Shown here one piece after another: positions 1-9,203 of a stretch of DNA of 64,000 bases; within the stretch, counting starts at the first letter, position 1; each line of letters begins with the position of its first letter. The notes beneath the pieces are model-generated. The model did not search any database and was not told where the DNA came from. It was given only the letters and a program-made list of their open reading frames with translations. A program made the translations under genes and the position numbers. Source of the stretch: a bacterium (GTDB lineage Bacteria > Patescibacteriota > Andersenbacteria > UBA10190); assembly GCA_002686445.1 (NCBI GenBank), contig NZCO01000007.1, positions 5,483-69,482 of the forward strand. The letters run 5' to 3'.

Positions 1-276
1 ATTGTTAACGGCCAGGCTGGGGAGGCATATAACATAGGCAGCCCGGAACGGATGACCTTTGGCGATATGGTGGATGCGATAATTACCACCGTCGGTGCGG
101 GGGATAAGGAGTATCTCCCCTGGCCTGAGGATTACGAGAAGAACGAAACAGGTGATTACGTCGCCGACACCAGCAAAATCGAGCTAGACACCAACTGGCG
201 TCCGCGGGTGAAATTTGCTGATGGCATCGCCGAGATGGTGGCGTACTATAAAGAGAACAAGGAATTATATTGGTAA
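1..276 (+). CDS. NAD-dependent epimerase/dehydratase, C-terminal part (5' truncated by window edge)
   Basis: Frame is open from base 1 (IVNGQAGEAYNIGSPERMTFGDM...GDYVADTSKI...W). 'GEAYNIGS' and 'ADTSK' are typical of the C-terminus of extended SDR enzymes. Confidence 0.85.
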   Translation: MVNGQAGEAYNIGSPERMTFGDMVDAIITTVGAGDKEYLPWPEDYEKNETGDYVADTSKIELDTNWRPRVKFADGIAEMVAYYKENKELYW

Positions 277-301
277 TTGGTAAGTGATCTATTACACGCG
301 T

Positions 302-2947
302 ATGAGCACTGCTTTTAAAGTGGGAAGTATCCTATTCATCGTCGTCCTCTTCGGGGGCGTTGTTTTGGCGCAAGCCGTTTCAGTACAGATAGAAGGGGTT
401 AGACATGTTGCCTACACAACTAATGCCGAGGAGCTGACTGCCAATCGTCTGGTTGGACAGACGTTTGTTTCCCCAAAAAAGAATCTGTCGGGCATAGGTG
501 TGTTATTCGCCACCTATTCTGGTAGGACTAACACACAGCAAGTTGAGCTCCATGTGCGTGCTTCGATCACTGACACTACGGACCTGCGGGTAGTGACGGC
601 TGATCCACGAGACTTTGGCGACAATCAGACGTACCGATTTACCTTTGACCCAATTCCGGAGAGCGATGGCGTGACTTTCTTTTTCTACGTGGTTTCTCCT
701 GGCAGTTCACCAGGTGACGCAGTCACCGTTGATCTTGATACCAGGGATCCGTATCACCTCGGCACTGCATTCTTGGTGCGCGGGCCACCCGAACTATTAA
801 ATCAGCCAACGGCGCTTGAGTTTGGCGGTAAGCAGACAATTGATGTGGCCTTTAGTACCTACCACACCGTCCCCGTTCGCACGGCGATCTTAGCGAGAGC
901 AGAGGGCGCGGCCAAGACATTCGTAGGCACCTTCTCCGAGCGACAAGGGGAGTACGGCCTATGGCTGAAGCTGACTGGGCCGGTGCTGGTCATATTGTTG
1001 CTGATGTGGGGCTTGAGTCGAGCGAACATAGAAAGCCGCCTGACCAAACCGCGAATTCTTATGGTGCTGGCGGCTTTAGTGATAGCCGGGTTCATCTGGC
1101 GCCTGTTTTATGCGGTTGATCTACCATTGACCAACGACGAAGGTAATTACCTCTACGACGCCTTTGCCCTACGCCAGGGTGTCTTAGCCGGTGGCGATGG
1201 GTACGTAAAGGCGCCGCTAGTTATAGGCTGGGTTGCACTGTGGCAAATGCTACTGGGTAACAGCATTATAGCCGCGCGCGTCGCGTCGATTGTGGTGGCG
1301 GTCTTGACCGCTGTACCGCTGTACGGCCTAGGTAAAAGCTTCGCTAATAAGCGCGCGGGATTGATGGTTGCGGCGCTGTGGCTACTGGCGGGAGCACCAG
1401 CGGTGTTTGGCATCTACGTTCACACCCAGGCCCTAGCGGTGCTGCTGGGCACTAGTGGCATAGCCCTACTGTGGGCCACACTACGCCAAGACAAACCAGT
1501 GCCCTGGAAATTCGTCATAGCCGGTGTGCTACTGGGGTTGGGTGTTGCGTCACGTAAAAGTGTGCTGGCCTTAGGGCTCCTACCACTCGTCTTTATTCTG
1601 CTCGAGTCTCCGTCATGGCGCCTGCGCGGACAGCGATTGCTCTTTACCGGACTCGGATTCGTTGCCGTGCTATTCATTCTGCTGGGTTATGCGGGCGCGC
1701 TCTACGGCGGGGAAGGGTTGCGGGAAGTAATTGGTTTGAACTCTGCAGAAGACGGGATCACCGCGGTGAACCCAGACGAGATAGAGCAGACACGCGCCTA
1801 TTCAATTCGAGGAGTCACGCCGTTCTTCCGCGAGGCATTCTCCCTGCTGGCGCTGGCGCTCATGGGTTGGGGTTTGGTGCTCGAGCGCACGACGCGTCGC
1901 ATAGTTGGTCTATTCGTCGTGGCGAAGCCGTCCAGGTATGTGCTGTGGCTAGTTGATCATTTGTTGCCTAAAATTGCATGGGTCTTCCCCCTGATCAGTC
2001 TCTGGGTGGCTTGGCAGTTCTTCTTTGAATACGAAGGTGAGATATACCACCGCTTTGGTGGCATGACTGGCCTGTGGTACACGGCTCTCCTACTTATGTT
2101 AGTGGTGCTACTGTGGCCGCGTGGTTCACGAGACGCGTTGCGGTTTACGGAAGCACCTATGGTGCCGGCTAGCACACAGCCGGTCCCATCGCGACTAGGC
2201 AGTATCAAGCCTGGGCCAGGAGAGGCTCTGCTGCACACTGAGCCGGTAGGGAAATTGCTCGCAGCCAGTCTGCTCTTACCGCTGTGGTTTGGCGGACTGT
2301 ATCTCTTCTATACCAACTGGATAAAGTTTCACGCGAATTACATAGTTGAATTTCTGGTGCCGGCCGTCATCTTGGGCGGGGTAGGTGCTGTGTATGTAGC
2401 TGCTCGACTGACGGACATTACTGGCTTTGGAGATCGACTGATACTGCTGGGAGTGTGGTTGCGGCGAGTGAGCGTCATCCTACTGTCCGCGTGGCTATTC
2501 TGGGGACTATACCTTAATAGCTACATTACGCGGACGGTGCCACATACCGGCACCTTTGATCAGGGAGCAGTCCAAGAAGCAGCGGACTGGTTGAGCCAGA
2601 ATGTCCCTGAGGACGAGACGCTGTTTACCGGTGCCGCGGCTATCCCCTACGTCGCTGAACGTCGCATCGCGCTCGATATTGCGCATCCACGATGGTATGC
2701 CTATGAATTCACTCGCAAAAACACGCCTCGCCTGAACACCTTCCTGCCCCCGATCGAGGAAATGCTACATGCGTATCGGACTGCTAATTGGTTCTTGCTT
2801 GATAAGCAGACAGGGTTCTCGTTCCTGATGGAATATAGCGAAATAGAGGCGGGTCTGGAGACTGACTGGCAGAAAGTACACGCCATTGAGAATGGCTCAA
2901 ATACGCTAACCTTTTACCGACGAACGCAGCCGTCTATCGAATTATAG
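302..2947 (+). CDS. GT-C fold (ArnT/PMT-like) glycosyltransferase with N-terminal extracytoplasmic beta-rich domain
   Basis: N-terminal hydrophobic anchor, soluble domain, then many TM segments with a 'TNDEGNY' acidic loop and 'KAPL', and a C-terminal 'AADWL' domain. Start at ATG 302 or GTG 284. Confidence 0.8.
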   Translation: MSTAFKVGSILFIVVLFGGVVLAQAVSVQIEGVRHVAYTTNAEELTANRLVGQTFVSPKKNLSGIGVLFATYSGRTNTQQVELHVRASITDTTDLRVVTADPRDFGDNQTYRFTFDPIPESDGVTFFFYVVSPGSSPGDAVTVDLDTRDPYHLGTAFLVRGPPELLNQPTALEFGGKQTIDVAFSTYHTVPVRTAILARAEGAAKTFVGTFSERQGEYGLWLKLTGPVLVILLLMWGLSRANIESRLTKPRILMVLAALVIAGFIWRLFYAVDLPLTNDEGNYLYDAFALRQGVLAGGDGYVKAPLVIGWVALWQMLLGNSIIAARVASIVVAVLTAVPLYGLGKSFANKRAGLMVAALWLLAGAPAVFGIYVHTQALAVLLGTSGIALLWATLRQDKPVPWKFVIAGVLLGLGVASRKSVLALGLLPLVFILLESPSWRLRGQRLLFTGLGFVAVLFILLGYAGALYGGEGLREVIGLNSAEDGITAVNPDEIEQTRAYSIRGVTPFFREAFSLLALALMGWGLVLERTTRRIVGLFVVAKPSRYVLWLVDHLLPKIAWVFPLISLWVAWQFFFEYEGEIYHRFGGMTGLWYTALLLMLVVLLWPRGSRDALRFTEAPMVPASTQPVPSRLGSIKPGPGEALLHTEPVGKLLAASLLLPLWFGGLYLFYTNWIKFHANYIVEFLVPAVILGGVGAVYVAARLTDITGFGDRLILLGVWLRRVSVILLSAWLFWGLYLNSYITRTVPHTGTFDQGAVQEAADWLSQNVPEDETLFTGAAAIPYVAERRIALDIAHPRWYAYEFTRKNTPRLNTFLPPIEEMLHAYRTANWFLLDKQTGFSFLMEYSEIEAGLETDWQKVHAIENGSNTLTFYRRTQPSIEL

Positions 2948-2965
2948 GGGTTCAGCGTCGGTGAA

Positions 2966-2995
2966 TTGACAAAAGCACCTAATCATTGGCACTAT
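2966..2995 (+). promoter_or_regulatory. sigma70-type promoter of first Clp-N gene
   Basis: TTGACA (2966-2971), 18-nt spacer, TGn-CACTAT (2990-2995); AAGGAG SD before ATG 3069. Duplicated at 3659-3687. Confidence 0.65.
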
Positions 2996-3068
2996 AACAA
3001 CGCTTTAACGAGCGCAGTTAATAGGTACGTTACCAATTAAAAATAGACGTCTCGCAAGGAGCAATTAC

Positions 3069-3626
3069 ATGTATGAACGCTTTACTGACCGCGCTCGCAA
3101 AGTTATGCAGCTGGCCCATCAAGAAGCGCTGCGGATGAATTTTGAGTACATCGGCACAGAGCACGTCCTGCTCGGATTGATTAAAGAGGGTTCGGGTGTT
3201 GCAGCACATGTGCTCAAGAATTTCGACATGGGCCTGCTCAATGTTCGCCAACAGATTGAGAAGCTCCTTGGGGCCGCACCTGCTGACAGGGTCGTGATAG
3301 GCAAGCTGCCGATGACACCGCGCGCCAAGCGGCTTCTCACATTCGCCGCGGCGGAAGCCCGCAATCTAGGGCACAACTGCGTCGGCACCGAACACCTGCT
3401 CTTGGCTCTAACACGATTAGATCAGTCTGTTGCTTGTCACGTCTGGCTCAGCCTAGGACATCGAATTGAGGATGTGCGCAGTGAAGTGTTCCATATGCTT
3501 GACTGTGATGATACTGCAGTGCTACCGGTTGAAACGTATTCCACTACGCGCGTTATCTACGTTGTGGACACGCACACGGTTGTGTCAGGCTGGTGGAACT
3601 GGCTCTACAGAGTTGTTATTGGCTAA
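3069..3626 (+). CDS. Stand-alone ClpC-type N-terminal (Clp-N repeat) domain protein, no AAA+ module
   Basis: MYERFTDRARKVMQLA...YIGTEHVLLGL...TPRAK...VGTEHLLLAL gives two Clp-N repeats; ends at 185 aa with no Walker motifs. Confidence 0.9.
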   Translation: MYERFTDRARKVMQLAHQEALRMNFEYIGTEHVLLGLIKEGSGVAAHVLKNFDMGLLNVRQQIEKLLGAAPADRVVIGKLPMTPRAKRLLTFAAAEARNLGHNCVGTEHLLLALTRLDQSVACHVWLSLGHRIEDVRSEVFHMLDCDDTAVLPVETYSTTRVIYVVDTHTVVSGWWNWLYRVVIG

Positions 3627-3630
3627 TTAG

Positions 3631-3656
3631 AACCGTTCACGTTGTGGGCGGTTTTT
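3631..3656 (+). terminator. Intrinsic terminator
   Basis: AACCGTTCAC-gtt-GTGGGCGGTT stem (2 G-U) followed by a T run, just after stop 3626. Confidence 0.65.
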
Positions 3657-3658
3657 AA

Positions 3659-3687
3659 TTGACGAAACGCCCTAAAATTGGCACTAT
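3659..3687 (+). promoter_or_regulatory. sigma70-type promoter of second Clp-N gene
   Basis: TTGACG (3659-3664), 17-nt spacer, TGn-CACTAT (3682-3687); AAGGAG SD before ATG 3761. Confidence 0.65.
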
Positions 3688-3760
3688 AACAACGCTTTTG
3701 AAGCACCATTAATTCGTACGTTACCAACAAAACATATTCGTTTAGGCAAGGAGCACTGAC

Positions 3761-4870
3761 ATGTATGAACGCTTTACGGATCGAGCTCGCAAGACCATGC
3801 AGCTGGCCAATCAAGAAGCACAGCGGTATAACCATGAGTACATTGGCACTGAGCATATTTTGCTTGGCTTAGCCAAGGAAGCCTCAGGCGTCGCGGCTAA
3901 TGTGCTCAAGAATCTAGATGTTGACCCAAGGGTGATTGTGCGTGAGGTTGGAAAACTCCTGCTTTCTGGGCCCGACATGGGGGTCACTATGGGCAAGCTA
4001 CCTCAGACCCCCAGGGCCAAGAAAGTCGTTGAGTTTTCCATGGATGAAGCACGCAACCTTCGTCACCATTACGTGGGGACCGAGCATATCTTGCTTGGAT
4101 TACTTCGTGAACTGGAAGGCGTTGCCGCTCAGGTACTGATCAATTTGGGTCTGCAGCTTGAGGCTGTCAGGGAAGAAACACTGAGTCTTTTGGGTGAGGG
4201 CGACCGCGGCCAGTCGTTGCGCGAGCTAGCGGCGGAAGCAGATTTGCCGTCTACTGCGGAGCTGGTCTACGAGCACACTCGTGTCGTCTTCGCAGTGACT
4301 CCGGTTAAGATCGACTGGCTAAGTTGGCTGCGCTCGCGTCGGATAGGGATCAGCTTGCTCGGACTAACTCGGTACTTGTCGTTTTCAGCGGGCTCGACCG
4401 CTGCCAGTAACGAACCCACAGGTCCGCCCAAGGAGAGCGATCAGGTAACGGCTGTGTGGCGCGAGGCAAACACTTTTGCGAAGGCGCAAAGGCGAGAATA
4501 CTTGGCTCCAGCAGACCTTCTCTATGGTGTCGCGGTTTGGGCCACAGATCCGCTGAGAGTGGTGTTGCGCGAGTATAACATCAAGACCGGACCAGTCAGA
4601 GCGGCGGTTGAACTTGCTGTGGGTCTCGGAACTGCTGAGTTCACTATGACCACTCTGCCCAAAACGCCTAACGCCAGGGCGATTCGCAAGGCGATGTGTG
4701 ACAGGGCAGCTGCAGCCGGTAGCGCTGAGGTTACGCTCCTTCATCTGGTCGAAGCATTGCTCGAAGAGCATGATGACGATCTATATCGGGTGATGATTCA
4801 AATCGGATCCCTACCAGAGCACCTAGCCGCGGAGATCCACCAGCGAGTGAGATTGGCGCAGCCCGCCTAA
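3761..4870 (+). CDS. Double Clp-N domain protein (one conserved, one degenerate), no AAA+ module
   Basis: N-half: MYERFTDRAR...GTEHILLGL...QTPRAKKV...GTEHILLGLL. C-half shows degenerate repeats (A..FAK..RREYLAPADLLYG; LPKTPNARAI...EVTLLHLVEALL). Confidence 0.88.
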   Translation: MYERFTDRARKTMQLANQEAQRYNHEYIGTEHILLGLAKEASGVAANVLKNLDVDPRVIVREVGKLLLSGPDMGVTMGKLPQTPRAKKVVEFSMDEARNLRHHYVGTEHILLGLLRELEGVAAQVLINLGLQLEAVREETLSLLGEGDRGQSLRELAAEADLPSTAELVYEHTRVVFAVTPVKIDWLSWLRSRRIGISLLGLTRYLSFSAGSTAASNEPTGPPKESDQVTAVWREANTFAKAQRREYLAPADLLYGVAVWATDPLRVVLREYNIKTGPVRAAVELAVGLGTAEFTMTTLPKTPNARAIRKAMCDRAAAAGSAEVTLLHLVEALLEEHDDDLYRVMIQIGSLPEHLAAEIHQRVRLAQPA

Positions 4871-7102
4871 CTATATGCCGTTTGCTTTTGCAAGCGGTTT
4901 TTTTCTTACCACCAATGCGACGCAGGCCAGTGCGGAGATAGTGCTTACAACAATTCCGAGAGCGAGCGGCCGAGGGCGATAGTGCATCTGCACTAGATGT
5001 GTACCCGGGGGAACATCAATCGAACGGAAGAAAGGATCGACCTGGTTAATAGTTGCTGGCTGACCATCAATGGTGGCCTGCCAGCCTGGGTACCAGGTAT
5101 CACGAACCAGCAATTCGCCCGCGGTATCAGTAGTGACGTCGAGTCGCACGTGCGCCGGTGATACTTGTTTGTAGGTAACCGGGGTAATGACCTCCGGCGT
5201 AATAAGCTCGGCGCGAGGGTAGGTACCGTTTACGTAGATGGTCCCGGCTGCTAATTCGTTTGCCGAGCCGTAGTATGTGCGCATTGTCTCGTCTTCGACT
5301 ACGACGGCGGCGATGTTAAGTTCAGTGACCAAGGTGCCGAAGACTGGTGTGGTCAGACTACTACGCAGTGCTTCGAGCTGCTGACTATGCACAGTCATTG
5401 GCAGAGACGCCGGCCACTCAATGCCCGGCAGACCAAATTGGGCGTATGTAAGCGGGCCTAGTAGTTCTCGATTGCTCCTATCTGCTGCGGGTCGTCGTGA
5501 GGCAGGGTTAGTTAGCAGTAATCCCGTGTCACCACCCTCGCGTCGGAAGGTGGCGATGCGCGCGCGTCCGGCCCTAACTGAGTCCGGGACTTGCTCAAGC
5601 GCCGCGGGCGGCGCTAACAGCGTTTGCCATGAAACCGCTGGGCTGGTGAGCGAAGCAATGATGATGAGCTCGGCTACGGCAATTGCAGTAACGACCCGCC
5701 GTTGCCGATACAGGAGAGCGGCTAAGCCAAGCGTTACCAGGGGCAAGAACGTGAACGGTGAGCGCCAGCTAAGCGCGGAAGTCTGTAGGCTGATTACCAA
5801 CTGCTCAAGTTTATCGATGTAGTAGGCGGGAGACCTGCCAGAAACCAACTCTGGGGCTCGCTCCTGTATAGCCTGGTAGGCTAACGCAGCACCGTTGTCA
5901 GGAACTAACCACAGGCCAACATTGTAGAGCACGACCACCGCCAAGATAGCGACAAAGCCGACTCGCAAGTAGCGCCGCAGAAGCGCAGGCGTTCGTTGCA
6001 GATTATCAAACGCATGTGCGGCCAGTAGCGCACCAGCAAAGGTAGTAAACAATAGCCAGCGAGCGGGGGCGGAAAATAGCCACAGCGACGGCTCGAATCC
6101 CAGTAACCGGAACGGGGACAGATTTCCTAGGGCAAGCAAGAAGGATACGAGCAGCAGTACCCACCAGAATCGCAATTGTCGTCTAATTCTCCAGGCCGCG
6201 GCTGCAAGCAGCAGCGGCAAGGTGCCAATAAAGAAACCATATTCAATCTCGAGCCGTTTACCCCAATACGCTGCATCCGTATCAAAGAAGCGCGGGAATA
6301 CGGCAGTCGGTAGATGATATAGCGGCCAGCTATGTTGGTTCGCCTGCGTCAGATCGAAGTCACCGCCCCCGCGATCAGACAGCCGGGTCAGCTCTGCTGT
6401 CGGCAGGAGCTGTGCAGAGGCTAAGCCAACTGCAAGCACTACAGCCAATAAGAAAACAAGGAGCAAGCGATGCCAGGGGAGACGATTCACCCAGCGCTGG
6501 TGGAACAAATACAGGGCCGTGATACCAGCGGTCATTAGGGGGGTTTGGATGTGACCGGCGAGGAAGGGCAGACCGAAAACAAGAGCTAGTAAGGCAAGGT
6601 GACGCGCGCGTGGCCGCGAAGCGCGAGCGACCGACTGGGCAACCAGCAACTGCCACGGTAGCCAACTCAACACAATAATGATGTTGAAATGAGTGGCGTG
6701 TTGCCATACGAATTGACTCAAGGCAAAAGCGCAGGCGCCGAGTATGGCGGCGAGTGCACTTACGCGTTGGGCGCGCAGTAGCAGATAGGTACCGGCGGCG
6801 GCTGCAAAAATATGTAGGTAAAACAGCGCCGGTAGATACAGCCAGATCGGGAACAGGCGACCAATGAGTAGTAACGGATAAAAGAAGCCTAATTGCGCAG
6901 AGGCGAGCACGGGGAACCCCCAGGCAATGTCGGGATTCCAGGAGGGGAGTCGACCAGCCAGCTGTTCACTCTGGAAGAAGGTCTCCAGGGGAATATACAC
7001 GTCGGCGGTGTCACCCGTGCCGTAGTATTGGCCAGCAAAAATTGGCGCAGCCGCCAACCCAATTACTACTGCCAGGATTACCAGCACGGCGAGGCGTTTC
7101 AT
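4871..7102 (-). CDS. YfhO-family GT-C membrane protein
   Basis: 'LPSWNPDIAWGFP', 'FFYPL', 'AQLLPTAE', and C-terminal 'DTWYPGWQATIDG...VPPGTHLV.MHYRP'. Start probably ATG 7102 (ORF extends to 7126). Confidence 0.88.
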   Translation of the reverse strand: MKRLAVLVILAVVIGLAAAPIFAGQYYGTGDTADVYIPLETFFQSEQLAGRLPSWNPDIAWGFPVLASAQLGFFYPLLLIGRLFPIWLYLPALFYLHIFAAAAGTYLLLRAQRVSALAAILGACAFALSQFVWQHATHFNIIIVLSWLPWQLLVAQSVARASRPRARHLALLALVFGLPFLAGHIQTPLMTAGITALYLFHQRWVNRLPWHRLLLVFLLAVVLAVGLASAQLLPTAELTRLSDRGGGDFDLTQANQHSWPLYHLPTAVFPRFFDTDAAYWGKRLEIEYGFFIGTLPLLLAAAAWRIRRQLRFWWVLLLVSFLLALGNLSPFRLLGFEPSLWLFSAPARWLLFTTFAGALLAAHAFDNLQRTPALLRRYLRVGFVAILAVVVLYNVGLWLVPDNGAALAYQAIQERAPELVSGRSPAYYIDKLEQLVISLQTSALSWRSPFTFLPLVTLGLAALLYRQRRVVTAIAVAELIIIASLTSPAVSWQTLLAPPAALEQVPDSVRAGRARIATFRREGGDTGLLLTNPASRRPAADRSNRELLGPLTYAQFGLPGIEWPASLPMTVHSQQLEALRSSLTTPVFGTLVTELNIAAVVVEDETMRTYYGSANELAAGTIYVNGTYPRAELITPEVITPVTYKQVSPAHVRLDVTTDTAGELLVRDTWYPGWQATIDGQPATINQVDPFFRSIDVPPGTHLVQMHYRPRPLALGIVVSTISALACVALVVRKKPLAKANGI
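4877..4904 (+). terminator. Intrinsic terminator overlapping the 3' end of the convergent gene
   Basis: GCCGTTTGC-tttt-GCAAGCGGT followed by T run, 7 nt after stop 4870. Confidence 0.7.
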
Positions 7103-7178
7103 GCGATAATTGTAAGATGAAACCACATATGAAGCCCAGGCTTTACAGATGGGCTAACATCCGTACTGTAAGGAAAAT

Positions 7179-9203
7179 ATGACGGTATCGAAGCAAATTA
7201 TAGCCACCGTATTATTGGGTTTATTGGCTTTTAGCCTGCGTTTTCCCGGCGCAGGCTCATTTACGACAGTTGATGAGTTTAATTGGATGGGACGCAGTCA
7301 AACCTTTTGGCACGAGCTATTCTACGACCGGGACATAGGAGGCACGTTTGTCACCAGTCACCCTGGAGCTACGGCCACGTGGTTGGCCGGTGCAGGTATC
7401 TTTTGGCAAGAAAATCAGTTGGGCCAAGAGTTTAGTGCCAACAACGTGGCCCATTTCCGACGCTACGCCACCGCGCCAATTGTGCTGACTATCGCCGTTC
7501 TGATTGCTGTGGTTACAGCGCTGGCCATTAGCGTCTTTGGTTTAGTGCCGGGAATTATCACTGGGCTCATCTTGGCAACTGAACCGTATCTGATCGGGAT
7601 GGGACAAGTGGTGCATTTGGATATGTTGCAGGCCTTGTTCATGCTCACCGCGCTGCTGGGCGTCTTACGCATGCGCGTCGACAAACATCGCAAATGGATT
7701 TGGTTGGTGGGCGTTATGTTTGGTCTCGCACTGGCTACCAAGATGGTGTTGGCATTGTGGCTACTACCATTCATTGGCTGGCCCTTGGTTACTGCGTTGG
7801 CCCTTCGTCGAGGGCGAAACGCGATTATCGTAGAAGTTAAACGAGTATTCACTATTATCGTGCTGGGAGTAGTAGCGCTGGCTATACTTTGGCCAGCCTT
7901 GCTCGCGCAACCTGATTTCCAGCTGGGGTATATCTCACGGGATACCGGGAGCGTGATCACTCAAGAACATGTCGCCCTGTCAGCGGGTAGCGACCCGATC
8001 GCTCCTTGGACATTCTATGCGCGTACGTTCCTGGCTCGTAGTTCACTACTTGTCCTCGCTGGTACTCTGGCGGCTGTGCTCGTGCTCGCCTATCGTCGCC
8101 AAAAATCATGGCAGTGGCACGACATAGGCACAGTTTTACTCTATTTATTGGGCTATCTTATTGCGATTAGTTTTGCGGCCAAAAAGGCTGATCGCTATGC
8201 CCTGCCTGCCCTGGCTGCATTGCCGCTGCTCGTTGGCTGGGTAGTTGCCTTATTACTGCCGATAGCGACCGTTCGTATTAAGCAGTTACGTACTGCCAAG
8301 CAAACCACCGTAGTGGCGATTGGCGCTATTTTGGTTATTGGTCTGGCGAGCGCTTGGCTCTGGCTGCCACACGCAATTGCGTACAATAACCCGCTGTTCC
8401 CTGACCTGCGCTCACGGTCACAGCAGGGCTGGGGAGAAGGCCTTGAGGATGCGGCTGCTTGGCTCAATCAATTGCCGGATGCTGAACAGATTCGTGTCGC
8501 CTCCTGGTATCAGTCTGCCTTTCGCGCTCACTTCAATGGATTAACCACCTCGTTGTCCGCGCGTGATGATTATCGCGTTACCTACCTCGTGACGTATCGC
8601 AACATGGGCGGTCGCGCGGGGGATACGCTCGCCAGCGATGTGCTTGATGAGTTTAAGAACCAAACACCCGTTCATGTGGTGAGCATCCGGGGACTAGAAT
8701 ATGCCTGGATATATAAGCTGAATAATGTGGGTGAATATATCAAGACAGCAGGAGAATTAACTACCGGGGTGGAGCACGGTCAAACTATTACTGTTGAGGA
8801 CGACGGCTGGAGCTTCATGGAGATCGGCTTTGCTACCTATGGTGACCGGGCAAATACAGAAGATGTGCTGGTGCATATCAGACAGAGCATCGCTGATACC
8901 AGAGATATTCGAACCATACGGATACCGGTTGCGGATATCATCGATAATAAGTGGCACGAGATTGAGTTTGAGGAAATCCAAGATAGCGGTAACAAGACAT
9001 ACTACGTCGCTATTACCAGTCCTACAGCAACGGCGGGGAACGCGATCACCACTCGATACACCGATTCCGACATTCAGTCGGGCCAGCTGTTCATTCGTCG
9101 GCATGCTCGCCGGTTAGGAGAAGACCAAGCCCAGTATCTGCGTGCGGGAGACTTAGCTGTCCGCGTGCCGTACTGGCAGTTTATTACGCACGATACGCAA
9201 TGA
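7179..9203 (+). CDS. ArnT/PMT-like GT-C glycosyltransferase with C-terminal beta-rich domain
   Basis: 'TVDEFNW', 'HPG', 'HLD', 'LATK', 'KKADRYALP', 'GWGEGLEDAAAWL'; about 11 TM segments. Confidence 0.85.
   Translation: MTVSKQIIATVLLGLLAFSLRFPGAGSFTTVDEFNWMGRSQTFWHELFYDRDIGGTFVTSHPGATATWLAGAGIFWQENQLGQEFSANNVAHFRRYATAPIVLTIAVLIAVVTALAISVFGLVPGIITGLILATEPYLIGMGQVVHLDMLQALFMLTALLGVLRMRVDKHRKWIWLVGVMFGLALATKMVLALWLLPFIGWPLVTALALRRGRNAIIVEVKRVFTIIVLGVVALAILWPALLAQPDFQLGYISRDTGSVITQEHVALSAGSDPIAPWTFYARTFLARSSLLVLAGTLAAVLVLAYRRQKSWQWHDIGTVLLYLLGYLIAISFAAKKADRYALPALAALPLLVGWVVALLLPIATVRIKQLRTAKQTTVVAIGAILVIGLASAWLWLPHAIAYNNPLFPDLRSRSQQGWGEGLEDAAAWLNQLPDAEQIRVASWYQSAFRAHFNGLTTSLSARDDYRVTYLVTYRNMGGRAGDTLASDVLDEFKNQTPVHVVSIRGLEYAWIYKLNNVGEYIKTAGELTTGVEHGQTITVEDDGWSFMEIGFATYGDRANTEDVLVHIRQSIADTRDIRTIRIPVADIIDNKWHEIEFEEIQDSGNKTYYVAITSPTATAGNAITTRYTDSDIQSGQLFIRRHARRLGEDQAQYLRAGDLAVRVPYWQFITHDTQ

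Noticed and set aside
2986-3012. TTGGCACT as CIRCE (HrcA) or sigma54 -24 box upstream of the Clp-N genes
   Set aside because: No second CIRCE half-site 9 nt later and no TTGC -12 element in either copy; better explained as an extended -10.
3069-4870. Frameshifted or split clpC pseudogene
   Set aside because: No Walker A/B sequence seen in any listed frame downstream; both ORFs start with the same domain and have their own signals.
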